A DNA stretch of 64,000 nucleotides from an uncultured Bacteroides sp. (GCA_964500835.1 CAZCQL010000007.1:31871-95870); one strand, 5' to 3'; shown: positions 1-10,120, counted from the stretch's first letter. Numbers and translations are program-made. The notes: a model not told the origin generated them from the sequence alone.

Positions 1-471
1 TCCGGATCCAATTCGTGCAAGAAAGGAAGCTCTCTCCCTCATATTGAGAGGATTGGTCAAACCCTTAATTTTATTTTCCAGAGATACCAGGCACATGGAC
101 AAGGCCCCCATGGAGGATGCACTTGAGGCTATTCCTGAGGAATGAGGGAATGTGTTGGCAGATTCAATTTGTAAGGAAGTGTGGGTAAGAACCGGCATGT
201 ATTTCCGTATCTCTTTGATGTAATTTTTAACGCGGTTCTCAAAAAATGGATCCACCATGCCTTCAAACTGGAAATGAATAGAAGGATTTTGAAAAAGCGG
301 ATCAAACTCATACTTGAGACGGGTCATGGTCCTTGCCACCTCCAAAGTCATGCTCAGGGAGGGGTTCCCAGGGAGCTGAACGGGACGTTTCCCCCAATAT
401 TTAATCAGGGCAATATTGGAAGGACATGACCAACCAACCGTTCCACTGCTACTCTTGTAACTCATTTCCAT
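1..471 (-). CDS. mvaD: Diphosphomevalonate (mevalonate diphosphate) decarboxylase, N-terminal part; the gene continues beyond the window start
   Basis: Absent from the ORF track because it has no stop inside the window. My minus-strand translation from the ATG at 471 (alternative 465) reads MEMSYKSSSGTVGWSCPSNIALIKYWGKRPVQLPGNPSLSMTL...QIESANTFPHSSGIASSASSMGALSMCL and stays open through base 1 (157 codons). NIALIKYWGK and the GHMP phosphate loop GIASSAS are hallmarks of MVD. The start overlaps the 3' end of the upstream kinase gene. Confidence 0.85.
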   Translation of the reverse strand, partial: MEMSYKSSSGTVGWSCPSNIALIKYWGKRPVQLPGNPSLSMTLEVARTMTRLKYEFDPLFQNPSIHFQFEGMVDPFFENRVKNYIKEIRKYMPVLTHTSLQIESANTFPHSSGIASSASSMGALSMCLVSLENKIKGLTNPLNMRERASFLARIGSG

Positions 472-1384
472 AGAATACAATATCCGAATACCTGTAGATA
501 ACCCGGATATCCATTTCATTAAGATAGGTAAACAATTCCTTCTCCTTTGCCTGTGACGCAATCATGACAAAATCCCCTCCCCAGGCTCCCAATGATTTTA
601 CACTTCCGGGAAGGCCGGGAAAACGGGAATCTGAAATCCGATCGATCCCTAATAATCCTGAAAGCGCCGTTTCGTGTTCATCCATCAAATTCTGAAATGT
701 CACCAGATCCCGGGCTTCCATCATGGCCTCGGTAAGGCAACTGAACCGATGGATGCTTTTAAAGTCAGGTTGAAGGCTCCCTGCGATCCTTTTCAAATGC
801 TCGTTGGTGGGTTGCTTAATTCCCAACCAGGCGAAATAGATCTGGTTTGAAAACGGAGGATGAAATGGAACATGCCGATAGTGCCACGAATTGTCTCGGA
901 TTCGATAAGAAATGGGGCCTTCAGCGATAGCACAGGCAACATCATAGCCCGACCCTTCGGATACCATAAAGTGCAGATCAAGGGGATTCACTTCGGCCCA
1001 CTCGGCTACCAGTGCGATTACCGAGGAGCTGCTTCCAAGCCCCCAGAGAGGTGAAAATTCCAGACGAGTTTCTACATCCCATTTGAACAGGTCTTCCTGA
1101 AAAGAAGGCATAAGTTCAATACAGGCCATGATTAAATTTCGCAACCATTCTGCTTTTACCGGATCATTTGTTTCCAGGATCTTTAGATTTGCCGGATCCA
1201 ATTTAGCAGTAAACCAGGATTGATCCAGGTAAAGAGCATTCCAGGATAATACCCTGTAGTGAACAGATCTTCTCAGCTGAAGTGATTGACCCAGCTTCAA
1301 TGGCAACGCGAGGCAGTTGGAGCCATACAAAACCATGTATTCGGCGCTGATTAAGAGTTTGCCATGTGTATGCAGTGATTTCAT
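449..1384 (-). CDS. GHMP-family kinase of the mevalonate cluster (GYDIA-type; putative phosphomevalonate kinase)
   Basis: 311-aa ORF with the GHMP motif GLGSSSSVIALV. The N-terminus GKLLISAEYMVLYG is phosphomevalonate-kinase-like. GSGYDVACA matches the GYDIA-type signature I recall from Bacteroidota mevalonate clusters. The gene lies between HMG-CoA reductase and MVD. Confidence 0.7.
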   Translation of the reverse strand: MKSLHTHGKLLISAEYMVLYGSNCLALPLKLGQSLQLRRSVHYRVLSWNALYLDQSWFTAKLDPANLKILETNDPVKAEWLRNLIMACIELMPSFQEDLFKWDVETRLEFSPLWGLGSSSSVIALVAEWAEVNPLDLHFMVSEGSGYDVACAIAEGPISYRIRDNSWHYRHVPFHPPFSNQIYFAWLGIKQPTNEHLKRIAGSLQPDFKSIHRFSCLTEAMMEARDLVTFQNLMDEHETALSGLLGIDRISDSRFPGLPGSVKSLGAWGGDFVMIASQAKEKELFTYLNEMDIRVIYRYSDIVFYGNELQE

Positions 1385-1392
1385 TGTGGGTT

Positions 1393-2703
1393 TTATTGAG
1401 TCCGGTTGGATTCCAGGAAAGCTGCCACATCTGCATAGGTAATCGTCAGGTATTTAAAGTGGTTTAAGGCGCTCTCAGCTTCTTCAGGCGATGCTTTCAG
1501 CTGTGTGAGTATATTGCTTAAATGCATTTTCATATGGCCGTGTTGAATCCCTAATGTAATGAGCGAACGCAACGCGTTAAAATTACTGGCCAGACCTACG
1601 GCTGCTACTACCTGCATCAGATACTCTGCTGAGGGAAATCCCAGTATTTCAAGTGAGGCCAACGCCAGTGGATGAATTCCTGTAAGTCCCCCTACCGATC
1701 CAACAGCCATCGGCACTTCAAGAGTGAACCTGAATGAGTTCTCTGATAATTCGGCGCAGGTGAGGCTGCTATACTGTGTGCTCCTGGAAGCAAAGGCATG
1801 TCCGCAAGCCTCCACGGCCCTGAAATCATTTCCTGTGGCCATAAGAACGGCGTCCATTCCATTGAATATTCCTTTGTTATGGGTTACAGCTCTGTAGGGA
1901 TCATGGACAGCAATTTGCACGGCTTTCACGAATTTTTGTGCAAATTCCTTCCCGCTTAATGAACGATCCACTTCTTCGAAAATAGAAGTTTCCCCCTCCA
2001 CATAACAAGTTACTCCGCATTCAGGAGTGTAGTTAGACAGGATGGACATGATGATGTCCAGTGTACCCGGAAATTCTCTGTTTTCCATCATCGCGGAAAG
2101 TTGGACAGCCAAAGCCTCCAGCACCGAGTTTATAAAATTCGCACCCATGGCATCGGCCGTTTGAAATGTGACAAACAATTGATATTGATCAGGCAGGTTT
2201 GGGTTAAGGGGTCTTATCTCCATTTCCTCCACACCGCCACCACGTTTTTCCATTCTCTGTATAATGGGTGTTACAGACTGGAGCAATTCCTTTTTATTCT
2301 GACTGAATACAGTTTGTAAGTCTTGCTCATTTCCCGACCATGTAAAATGAACCTGTCCAATCTTTCGCGTACCCGTCACCGTGGTATGGAATCCTCCATG
2401 AAGGGCCCAGAACTTGGCTGCATGTGAAGCTGCTGCCACCACTGAGCTTTCATCAGTAACCATGGGAACCGTTATCAGGGTATCATTTATCAGAAAATTA
2501 GGAGCCAGCCCCAGGGGATAGTAAAAGTTGGAGATTGTATTTTCGCTGATCTCTTCATAGATCCCCTGCAGCTTCGGATCTGAATGAAGATGTTCATCAA
2601 GTTTCCGGAGGGTCTCGCGAGACAACTGTGTCTGTTTTTGTAGCCAGGTTAGCTTTTCGCTCCGGGACAATTTTGAAAATCCGCTGACGACACGGGTTGG
2701 CAT
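1393..2703 (-). CDS. Hydroxymethylglutaryl-CoA reductase, class II
   Basis: 436-aa ORF. It carries DAMGANFINS and MAVGSVGGLTGIHP (class II HMGR catalytic motifs) and has the typical class II length. Confidence 0.9.
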   Translation of the reverse strand: MPTRVVSGFSKLSRSEKLTWLQKQTQLSRETLRKLDEHLHSDPKLQGIYEEISENTISNFYYPLGLAPNFLINDTLITVPMVTDESSVVAAASHAAKFWALHGGFHTTVTGTRKIGQVHFTWSGNEQDLQTVFSQNKKELLQSVTPIIQRMEKRGGGVEEMEIRPLNPNLPDQYQLFVTFQTADAMGANFINSVLEALAVQLSAMMENREFPGTLDIIMSILSNYTPECGVTCYVEGETSIFEEVDRSLSGKEFAQKFVKAVQIAVHDPYRAVTHNKGIFNGMDAVLMATGNDFRAVEACGHAFASRSTQYSSLTCAELSENSFRFTLEVPMAVGSVGGLTGIHPLALASLEILGFPSAEYLMQVVAAVGLASNFNALRSLITLGIQHGHMKMHLSNILTQLKASPEEAESALNHFKYLTITYADVAAFLESNRTQ

Positions 2704-2704
2704 G

Positions 2705-3706
2705 CTATTCTCTTAGGGTTAAGAAAGTATGTGCCATCTCCAGTCCCCTGACCTGGCACTGGACAAATTCCCGCAGGGGTGCATAGTCTTTCTGGGCATA
2801 GTTCAGAAAAGTTGAAGCCATGCCATAGAGAGCCGGGAGATTCGATTTTTTCAAAAGATAGTATCCATCCAGAAAATTTCTTACCCCACCGGAGATGATC
2901 AGCTCCTTGCAAACGGGTGCTTCAGCTGCAACCAGTTCATTTACATAGCCGAGCATGGAATAAACATCCTCACCTATGTTCGACAGCGGCTCATAGAGGG
3001 TCTGGCGGGCACCCACAGTGCGCTGTATCTCCACCTTGGCAAAATTCGTTCCCCCGAAAGCACCAAATTCAATGGCCTGTAAAGGTAGCTGCATAAGTTC
3101 CCTCAGACTTTCAGGTCCCATTCCCTGTCCGACCTCCTTTACAATCACCGGGAATGAGATCTGATCAAGCAGACGTTTGATGGTTTCCAGCGGTGGGGCA
3201 GTAAGAGTATCTCCTTCGAATTGGAGCCATTCTTGCATGGGATTCACATGAACAATCAATCCATCTGCCTTTAATTTTTTCAACAAATCAGAAGCTTTTG
3301 AAACCTTGTTCGTTGTCACAAGTTCTTCTATCTGGGCAATACCAAGGTTGGCCCACAGGGGAAGGTGGTCACCTATGATTTCCCTCATATTAAAATCCTC
3401 AAAATAGGTATCATCCTCCATGATGATCCTGCATGAACCAAGTCCCATGCCCATCCCAAATTCTCTACAGGCCCGGGCCAGGTTCCGGTTGATCGTGCCA
3501 GCCAGTTTCGTACCTCCAGTCATGCTGCTAACCCACATGGGAAGACGCAGCTCCTTGCCCAGGATGGTAAAAGGTTTCAAACCGGTATCCGGATGACCTT
3601 TCAATATGGGTTCGTAGTGGAACCTGCGATCCATTTCCGAAAGGGAAGTCTGGGACTTAAACGCCAGGTTTATATGATCTCTTTTCCTGTTTTCCAGATT
3701 TTCCAT
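2705..3706 (-). CDS. fni: Type 2 isopentenyl-diphosphate delta-isomerase (FMN-dependent IDI-2)
   Basis: TIM-barrel FMN enzyme motifs are present: MWVSSMTGGT, VKEVGQGMG, GAFGGTNFA, IISGGVRN. I placed the start at the internal MENLENRKRDHINLA (3706) rather than the ORF-track start 3880, which would overlap the upstream acyl-CoA dehydrogenase by 167 nt. Confidence 0.85.
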   Translation of the reverse strand: MENLENRKRDHINLAFKSQTSLSEMDRRFHYEPILKGHPDTGLKPFTILGKELRLPMWVSSMTGGTKLAGTINRNLARACREFGMGMGLGSCRIIMEDDTYFEDFNMREIIGDHLPLWANLGIAQIEELVTTNKVSKASDLLKKLKADGLIVHVNPMQEWLQFEGDTLTAPPLETIKRLLDQISFPVIVKEVGQGMGPESLRELMQLPLQAIEFGAFGGTNFAKVEIQRTVGARQTLYEPLSNIGEDVYSMLGYVNELVAAEAPVCKELIISGGVRNFLDGYYLLKKSNLPALYGMASTFLNYAQKDYAPLREFVQCQVRGLEMAHTFLTLRE

Positions 3707-3713
3707 AGGGTGG

Positions 3714-4868
3714 TTACCTGATTCCAAGGTGTCTCGAAATGACCATGCGGAGGATTTCTGATGTGCCTTCGCCCATCTCAAGGATTCGTTGGTCGCGGTA
3801 AAAACGTTCAATAGGATTTTCCTTGAGCAAGCCGTGGGCACCATGGATCTGGAGGGACTCATTGGCAATCTCACGGGCAATTTCTGAAGTGTATAACTTC
3901 ACCATGGCTGCTTCTTTTCCAAAAGGTTGTTCCTGGTCTTTCAACCAACAGGCTTTGTAAAGAAGGGTACGTGCAAGTTCAATTTTAGTTGCCATGTCAG
4001 CAAACTTAAATGAATTCACCTGGAAACTGCGAATGGGCCTGCCAAATTGAATACGTTGAGATGCATATTCCATGGCCATTTCGAATGCTCCCCGGGCCAA
4101 TCCAAGACCCATTGCAGCTATGGAAAGCCTTCCCCCGTCAAGGGTAGCCAGCATGATCCTGGATCCTTGTCCACGTTCTCCAAGTAAATTTTCTTTCGGG
4201 ACCGTTACATCCCTTAACTGCACTTTCCCGGTATCGGCACCACGCCACATCATTTTGGATTGGATGGTTTCTGTGGTATAACCAGGCGTATCCCTGTCCA
4301 CTAGAATTACTGATAATTCTTTACGTCCCTGCCCACGCTCACCGGTGACAACCTGAATGGTGACACCACCTGACATGGCAGATGAGATATTGGTAATGTA
4401 AATTTTCTCTCCATTGATGATCCAATTTCCGTTCTGCAGTATTGCCAGGGATTCGGTATTGTTTGAGTCAGACCCGGCATTGGATTCGGTCAGTCCGAAT
4501 GCCCATAATTTTTTTTCGGAGGTCAGTTTGGGTAGAAACTGCTGTTTTTGCTCCTCGGTACCATAGGTAAATATGGGTGCAATTCCCAGTGAATTATGTG
4601 CCGCCACTGTGGCAGCTTGAGAACCATCCACCCTGGCCAGTTCTTCAACCGCAATAATGTATGAGATGGTATCCAGACCCATTCCACCGTATTTCTCAGG
4701 CAGGTTGATGCGAAGTAATCCCATGTCGAACATTTTTCCTGTCAATTCAACTGAGAATAGTGCATTCTCATCCAGCTCACTGGCAAGGGGTTTAATCTCT
4801 TTTTCAGCAAAGGCCCGTACCTCTTCTCTTAATAAATGATGTTTTTCATTCAAAAATGGATCTCTCAT
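3714..4868 (-). CDS. Acyl-CoA dehydrogenase (isovaleryl-CoA dehydrogenase by context)
   Basis: 384-aa ORF with ACAD architecture and motifs (GLTESNAGSD, QIHGAHGLLKENPIERFYRDQRILEMGEGTSEI). The substrate assignment comes only from its position next to the methylcrotonyl-CoA carboxylase genes. Confidence 0.85.
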   Translation of the reverse strand: MRDPFLNEKHHLLREEVRAFAEKEIKPLASELDENALFSVELTGKMFDMGLLRINLPEKYGGMGLDTISYIIAVEELARVDGSQAATVAAHNSLGIAPIFTYGTEEQKQQFLPKLTSEKKLWAFGLTESNAGSDSNNTESLAILQNGNWIINGEKIYITNISSAMSGGVTIQVVTGERGQGRKELSVILVDRDTPGYTTETIQSKMMWRGADTGKVQLRDVTVPKENLLGERGQGSRIMLATLDGGRLSIAAMGLGLARGAFEMAMEYASQRIQFGRPIRSFQVNSFKFADMATKIELARTLLYKACWLKDQEQPFGKEAAMVKLYTSEIAREIANESLQIHGAHGLLKENPIERFYRDQRILEMGEGTSEILRMVISRHLGIR

Positions 4869-6868
4869 ATAGAAGCTAATGTAAGTAATATTTGATTTGT
4901 CTGCACCTGGTCTCCGACGGAAACCTGAATCTTTTCCACATTGGCACCAGATGCCGCCTGGATCTTATTTTCCATCTTCATTGATTCGATTACCAACAGG
5001 GGATCTCCTTCCGACACAGTGTCTCCCTCTTTCACATTGACCTGAACAACCCTGCCGTTAAGGGGAGCAGTAATTTTTCCGTTCCCCTCGCTATTTTCCC
5101 TTCCGGAAGATTCGATGAATCTCCTGTCCAGGATATCCATGCGTCTTAACCTGTATAATCGGCCGTCCAGGTCAAGTAATATTTCAGATCGATCGGTTGC
5201 CCCCCAGACTTTCAGGATCTGATTATTAATTCGGATCCAATAGGTATCGTTATCTCTCCGTTCGAGGGCAACCTTATAATCCTGGTCACTCAGATGGAGC
5301 CTCATCCTTTCACGTCCTTTTTGTATTTCATACCTGATCCTGTACTCTTCCCGATCTAAAAGAAGAAAAATTTCCGGAAGGATCCGCCAATGTCCAATTG
5401 TATGCCATGCAGATCCAAGGTGGTTTTCTGATGGAGGATTTCTTTGAAGCGCAATTAACGTGGCAGCTGAAAGTAAGTAACCCAGTTCCTGGCTGCGCCT
5501 GTTGTTCCTGTCATAAGAAAGAAGGGAATCCAGTTTCTCGTCTATGAACCTGGTGTGGATCATATTTTCTTTGAAATGACCCGATCGCAATATTCCGATA
5601 AGAAAATCGCGGTTCGTCCTTAATCCGGTGATACGGACCTCCTTCAGGGCACCAATTAATCTATTGCGTGCTTCGTCACGGCTCTTCCCTTTGACTACGA
5701 CCTTTGCAAGCATGGGATCATAATAGGGTTCTACCAGACTCCCTCTTTTAAATCCGCTATCGATCCGGACTCCCCTATTATCGGGAACCTGGAATGTGTC
5801 AATACGGCCGGTCGACGGCATAAAGTCATTTTCCGGATTTTCGGCATAAATACGGGCTTCTATGGCATGCCCATGGATGATAAGGTCTTCCTGTGTGAAT
5901 GATAAAGGATACCCTTCGCTTATTTTGATCTGTTCCTTTACAAGATCTACACCGCTGATCATTTCAGTTACCGGATGCTCCACCTGTATTCTGGTGTTCA
6001 TCTCCAGGAAGCAGATATCCTGGTTCATATTCATTAAAAACTCAACGGTACCTGCGTTGGTATATCCTATCCCCTCCGCCAGTTTTAATGCAAGCGTTGT
6101 GATGTGGTCCCGGATCTTCTTTGAAATTGACCCGGAAGGAGCTTCCTCAATTATTTTCTGGTTGCGTCGCTGTATGGAACACTCCCTCTCATACAGGTGA
6201 GCTATGTTTCCGTGATTATCGGCAATGACCTGTACTTCAATGTGCCTTGTGTTTTCAAGATATCTTTCAACGTATAGCTCACCCGATCCAAAATAACGGA
6301 GTGCTTCTCTTGAGGCTTTCCTTGCCTCCGATTCAAAGGTTTTCGCAGATTGGACGATCCTAATCCCTTTGCCACCTCCCCCATCAGACGGTTTGATCAG
6401 CAAGGGAAATTCACGCATTTTTTTACTGCCAATAAGAGATTCCAGAGTCCCAGCCTCTCCATCAAGTACCGGAATTCCCAATTCAAATGCTTTATTCCTG
6501 GCATTTGATTTGTTTCCCATGAGTCGGATCACTTCCGGTGAAGGTCCAATAAACCGGATTTTCCGTTGTTGGCATGCATGGGCGAATTCGGCGTTTTCTG
6601 CCAGGAATCCATACCCCGGATGAATGGCATCTACCTGGGCAATGGCAGCAATATCAAGGATTTTTCCGATACTCAGATAGGTTTGACTCAGGTCACCTGA
6701 ACCGAGGGAATAGGCTTCATCTGCTTCTGTCACAAATGGAAGATCTTTATCAAAATCGGAATGAACGACCACCGCAATTTTGTCCAATTCCCGGATGGCA
6801 CGGATAATTCTCCTGGCTATTTCACCCCTGTTGGCCACCAATATCCTATGAAAATTACTCTGTCTCAT
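4865..6868 (-). CDS. Biotin-dependent acyl-CoA carboxylase alpha subunit (biotin carboxylase + biotinyl carrier domain); methylcrotonyl-CoA carboxylase alpha by context
   Basis: ILVANRGEIARR marks the biotin carboxylase N-terminus. An ATP-grasp core is present, and the C-terminal VIESMKMEN is the biotinylation motif (MKM). The start is set at MRQSNFHRILVANRGEIA (6868); the longer ORF-track start 6901 is possible. Confidence 0.85.
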   Translation of the reverse strand: MRQSNFHRILVANRGEIARRIIRAIRELDKIAVVVHSDFDKDLPFVTEADEAYSLGSGDLSQTYLSIGKILDIAAIAQVDAIHPGYGFLAENAEFAHACQQRKIRFIGPSPEVIRLMGNKSNARNKAFELGIPVLDGEAGTLESLIGSKKMREFPLLIKPSDGGGGKGIRIVQSAKTFESEARKASREALRYFGSGELYVERYLENTRHIEVQVIADNHGNIAHLYERECSIQRRNQKIIEEAPSGSISKKIRDHITTLALKLAEGIGYTNAGTVEFLMNMNQDICFLEMNTRIQVEHPVTEMISGVDLVKEQIKISEGYPLSFTQEDLIIHGHAIEARIYAENPENDFMPSTGRIDTFQVPDNRGVRIDSGFKRGSLVEPYYDPMLAKVVVKGKSRDEARNRLIGALKEVRITGLRTNRDFLIGILRSGHFKENMIHTRFIDEKLDSLLSYDRNNRRSQELGYLLSAATLIALQRNPPSENHLGSAWHTIGHWRILPEIFLLLDREEYRIRYEIQKGRERMRLHLSDQDYKVALERRDNDTYWIRINNQILKVWGATDRSEILLDLDGRLYRLRRMDILDRRFIESSGRENSEGNGKITAPLNGRVVQVNVKEGDTVSEGDPLLVIESMKMENKIQAASGANVEKIQVSVGDQVQTNQILLTLASI

Positions 6869-7649
6869 GCCAGTCCGGTTTCCGTTTTTCAAAAAAGGCA
6901 TTCATTCCCTCTTGTCCCTCTGGAGAAATGCGGCGTTCAGCTATTAGAGCTGCTGTATATTCTTGTATTTGATCAGAAGAGGGGTCAGATTCCAGCCATC
7001 GCAGCAGATGTTTGATAGCTTTCATTGCTTCCGGACCGTTGGTGAGTAATGATGCGATAACGATTTCCATGGTTTGGCCAAGTGCTCCCACATCGCAAAT
7101 ATTATGTACAAATCCCGATGCTTTAGCTTCATAAGCATCAAAAGATCTTCCGGAGAGCATGAGTTCGGTGCTCCGGCCTACACCAAGCTTCCGCACCAGA
7201 AATGGTGCAATAGTGGCCGGGACCAGACCCAATTTTGCTTCTGAAAATGAGAAGTAGGCACTGTTTTCTGCAACCACTATATCTGAGACAGCTACCAGTC
7301 CATTAGCTCCCCCAATTGCCTTCCCATGAATCCCTGAGAGGACTATCAGGTGGGATTCCCAGAGAATCCTGAATAGGTTTGCCAGTTCCAAACTCTCTGA
7401 TCTAAGTTGCTCAGGAGACTGTCCCAATCCTTCCTTCAACCAGTTCAGGTCTGCGCCGCCGGAAAAGTGCCTGCCCGAAGAATTGATAGAGACTACCCTC
7501 ACTTCGTTGGTTGCTTCAACCCTTTTAATAAAAGCGGTCAGCTCCCTAATCATTGAAATATTCATTGCATTACAGACATCCGGTCTATTTAGTGTAATGG
7601 CTGCAACTGAACCCTTAACATCAGTGAGTATGGTATTCTGCTGTAGCAT
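6855..7649 (-). CDS. Enoyl-CoA hydratase/isomerase family protein (methylglutaconyl-CoA hydratase by context)
   Basis: Crotonase fold motifs are present: ITLNRPDVCNAM, FSGGADLNW, GKAIGGANGL. The start is chosen at MLQQNTILT (7649), directly abutting the stop of the upstream carboxyltransferase gene (7651). Confidence 0.8.
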   Translation of the reverse strand: MLQQNTILTDVKGSVAAITLNRPDVCNAMNISMIRELTAFIKRVEATNEVRVVSINSSGRHFSGGADLNWLKEGLGQSPEQLRSESLELANLFRILWESHLIVLSGIHGKAIGGANGLVAVSDIVVAENSAYFSFSEAKLGLVPATIAPFLVRKLGVGRSTELMLSGRSFDAYEAKASGFVHNICDVGALGQTMEIVIASLLTNGPEAMKAIKHLLRWLESDPSSDQIQEYTAALIAERRISPEGQEGMNAFFEKRKPDWHETE

Positions 7650-7650
7650 C

Positions 7651-9258
7651 TTACATCCTGTAAACTCCGGATCGGGGTGGTCCAAATTTTTGATTTAGCG
7701 ACATGGAAATAGAGAGGGCCAGAATCCGACGGGTATCGGCAGGATCAATAATGCCGTCATCCCAGAGCCTTGAGGTACTGTAATATGCCGATCCTTCAAT
7801 CTCATATTTTTTTAGAATTGGTTTGCGAATCCTTTCAAGTTCTTCGGTTGTCGGCTCTATTCCACTTGATTGAAGTTGTTCCTGTTTGATGCTGGAAAGC
7901 ACATCAGCCGCCTGCTCTCCTCCCATCACAGAGATTTTTGAGTTGGGCCACATGAACAGAAGATGGGGATCAAAGGCCCGGCCGGACATCGCATAGTTGC
8001 CTGCACCAAAGGACCCTCCAAAAATGATGGTAAACCTGGGCACCCTTGTGTTCGCAACGGCATGCACCATTTTAGCTCCATCCTTGGCAATCCCTCCATG
8101 TTCATATTGTCTCCCAATCATGAACCCGGAAATATTTTGCAAAAAAAGAATAGGAAGCCCCCTTTGGTCACAGAGATCTACAAAGTGAGTCCCTTTTAGA
8201 GAAGATTCTGAAAAAAGTATCCCGTTGTTCCCTACAATACCAACTGGGAATCCCATAATCCTGGCGAATCCCGTCACCAGGGTGGTCCCGTACCCTTTTT
8301 TAAATTCTGAAAATTCACTTCCATCTACCAGGCGTGCCATAATCTCACGCACATCCACCTGCTCACGGCTGGATTCAGGGATAAGGCCATAGAGTTCCTC
8401 AATATCGTATAGTGGATCTTTAACGGATTTCATATCCAGCTGTTGCCTGGGTGGGGCCTGGATGGTTTCGAAAATATCCCTGCAGATCTGTAAAGCATCC
8501 TGATCATTTTCGGCAAGGTGATCGGCTACTCCCGAAATGGTGGCATGGACGGCACCTCCCCCAAGCTCCTCGGCCGAAACCACCTCTCCTGTGGCGGCTT
8601 TTACCAGGGGGGGACCTCCCAGGAAGATCGTTCCCTGGTTTTTTACAATGATGGTCTCATCGCTCATTGCCGGAACATAAGCTCCACCGGCGGTACAAGA
8701 ACCCATCACAACAGATACCTGGGGAATACCGTTTGACGAAAGCTGGGCCTGATTGAAAAATATTCTTCCGAAATCATCCCTGTCGGGAAAGACCTCAGCC
8801 TGTTTAGGCAGGAATACTCCGCCCGAATCAACCAGGTAGATGCAAGGCAGATGGTTTTGAAGGGCTATTTGCTGGGCTCGCAGATGTTTCTTAATGGTCT
8901 CCTTAATATAAGTCCCTGCTTTAACACTGGCATCATTGGCAATGATAACTACTTCTTTGCCATGAAGCAGTCCGATGCCCGAGACGAGTCCGGCAGATGG
9001 AAACAGGTCATCATACTGACCAGTTGCGGCAAGCGGACTGAGTTCAAGAAATGGAGTGTTTGGATCCACCAGCAGGTTGATGCGATCTCTGGCCAATAGT
9101 TTACCCCTGGCACTATGTTTTTTTCTTGCTTCAGGAGATCCACCTTTTGTAACAGCTTCCAGTCTGGATCTCAATGTATCAAGCAATCCCAGATTTCTTG
9201 ATTTTCTTTCAAGAAAAACGGTGGATGAGCAATCTATCTGCGAGGTTATTATTTTCAA
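7651..9258 (-). CDS. Acyl-CoA carboxylase carboxyltransferase (beta) subunit; methylcrotonyl-CoA carboxylase beta by context
   Basis: 535-aa ORF of the carboxyl_trans family, with [31 protein letters not shown] and [18 protein letters not shown]. Length and layout match the MCC/PCC beta subunit. Confidence 0.85.
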   Translation of the reverse strand: MKIITSQIDCSSTVFLERKSRNLGLLDTLRSRLEAVTKGGSPEARKKHSARGKLLARDRINLLVDPNTPFLELSPLAATGQYDDLFPSAGLVSGIGLLHGKEVVIIANDASVKAGTYIKETIKKHLRAQQIALQNHLPCIYLVDSGGVFLPKQAEVFPDRDDFGRIFFNQAQLSSNGIPQVSVVMGSCTAGGAYVPAMSDETIIVKNQGTIFLGGPPLVKAATGEVVSAEELGGGAVHATISGVADHLAENDQDALQICRDIFETIQAPPRQQLDMKSVKDPLYDIEELYGLIPESSREQVDVREIMARLVDGSEFSEFKKGYGTTLVTGFARIMGFPVGIVGNNGILFSESSLKGTHFVDLCDQRGLPILFLQNISGFMIGRQYEHGGIAKDGAKMVHAVANTRVPRFTIIFGGSFGAGNYAMSGRAFDPHLLFMWPNSKISVMGGEQAADVLSSIKQEQLQSSGIEPTTEELERIRKPILKKYEIEGSAYYSTSRLWDDGIIDPADTRRILALSISMSLNQKFGPPRSGVYRM

Positions 9259-9300
9259 AACGGCCTTCTTTTATGCAATAATACAAACTTATACTCTTTC

Positions 9301-10065
9301 CTACCTGTATCCTTCTTTGGGATCAATCTGCAAATACCTGGAAAGCCATCGGGTGCCGATGTAAAAGGGGAGGGTATCCACCAGGGCTGCAGTCATCTTG
9401 AACACATAATTTGATAAAATTAGAATAATTAGTCCATGGGCGACAGTTTCGCCGGGACTTATTGACATAGCATCGGTGAAAAAGTAGGTGATCAGGATCA
9501 CTGCAATCGAGTCAACCATTTGGCTTGTAAGGGTTGATCCGTTATTCCTGAGCCAAAGTGCCCTTCCCCGGGTCCGCCTTTTGATATAATGAAAAATCTG
9601 AACATCCACTAACTGGGCTGTGAGGTATGCTATCATAGAAGCCATTGTGGCCATAGTAGTCCATTTACGGATCTGAAAATAGGTCCGGTCGGGATGCGAA
9701 ATATCTGGCAGCCCATCTGGTCCCAGCGTGGTATGCGGAGGGAGTACACCTCCCAGCCAAAGTATAAATAATACCCATATGTTCAGGGCAAGGCCCACCC
9801 ATACTACCATATTGGCCCGTTTCTTCCCAAAAAGTTCACTGATAAAATCTGTACAGAGAAATGTGAGAGGGTATGGAAGGACTCCCACGAACACTACGAA
9901 TGGTATTTTTACAGATCCAATATTGAACGAAAGATCTATCTGCCGGGAGATTCCCAGGATATTCAATACTGCCAGAGTTCCAAGGAACAATCCCGAAAGA
10001 ATCACAAAAACAACTTCACGTCGGACAGCGATTTTTCTGTTATTACCTAAATCGTCCCCAAACAT
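9301..10065 (-). CDS. yhhQ: Queuosine-precursor transporter (YhhQ/VUT family, DUF165)
   Basis: 254-aa polytopic membrane protein. GVLPYPLTFLCTDFISELFGKKRA and the overall TM pattern are characteristic of the YhhQ family. Confidence 0.7.
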   Translation of the reverse strand: MFGDDLGNNRKIAVRREVVFVILSGLFLGTLAVLNILGISRQIDLSFNIGSVKIPFVVFVGVLPYPLTFLCTDFISELFGKKRANMVVWVGLALNIWVLFILWLGGVLPPHTTLGPDGLPDISHPDRTYFQIRKWTTMATMASMIAYLTAQLVDVQIFHYIKRRTRGRALWLRNNGSTLTSQMVDSIAVILITYFFTDAMSISPGETVAHGLIILILSNYVFKMTAALVDTLPFYIGTRWLSRYLQIDPKEGYR

Positions 10066-10120
10066 CCTTTATTTGCTTATGATGGTTAAAAATATAGATT
10101 TATTCTACAATCAAATCCCC

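Noticed and set aside
2705-3880. The full 391-aa ORF-track version of the IDI-2 gene
   Set aside because: The first 58 codons overlap the 3' end of the acyl-CoA dehydrogenase gene by 167 nt and look like out-of-frame read-through (Pro/Ser/Arg-rich). The family-typical N-terminus begins at MENLENRKRDHINLA, so I used 3706 as the start.
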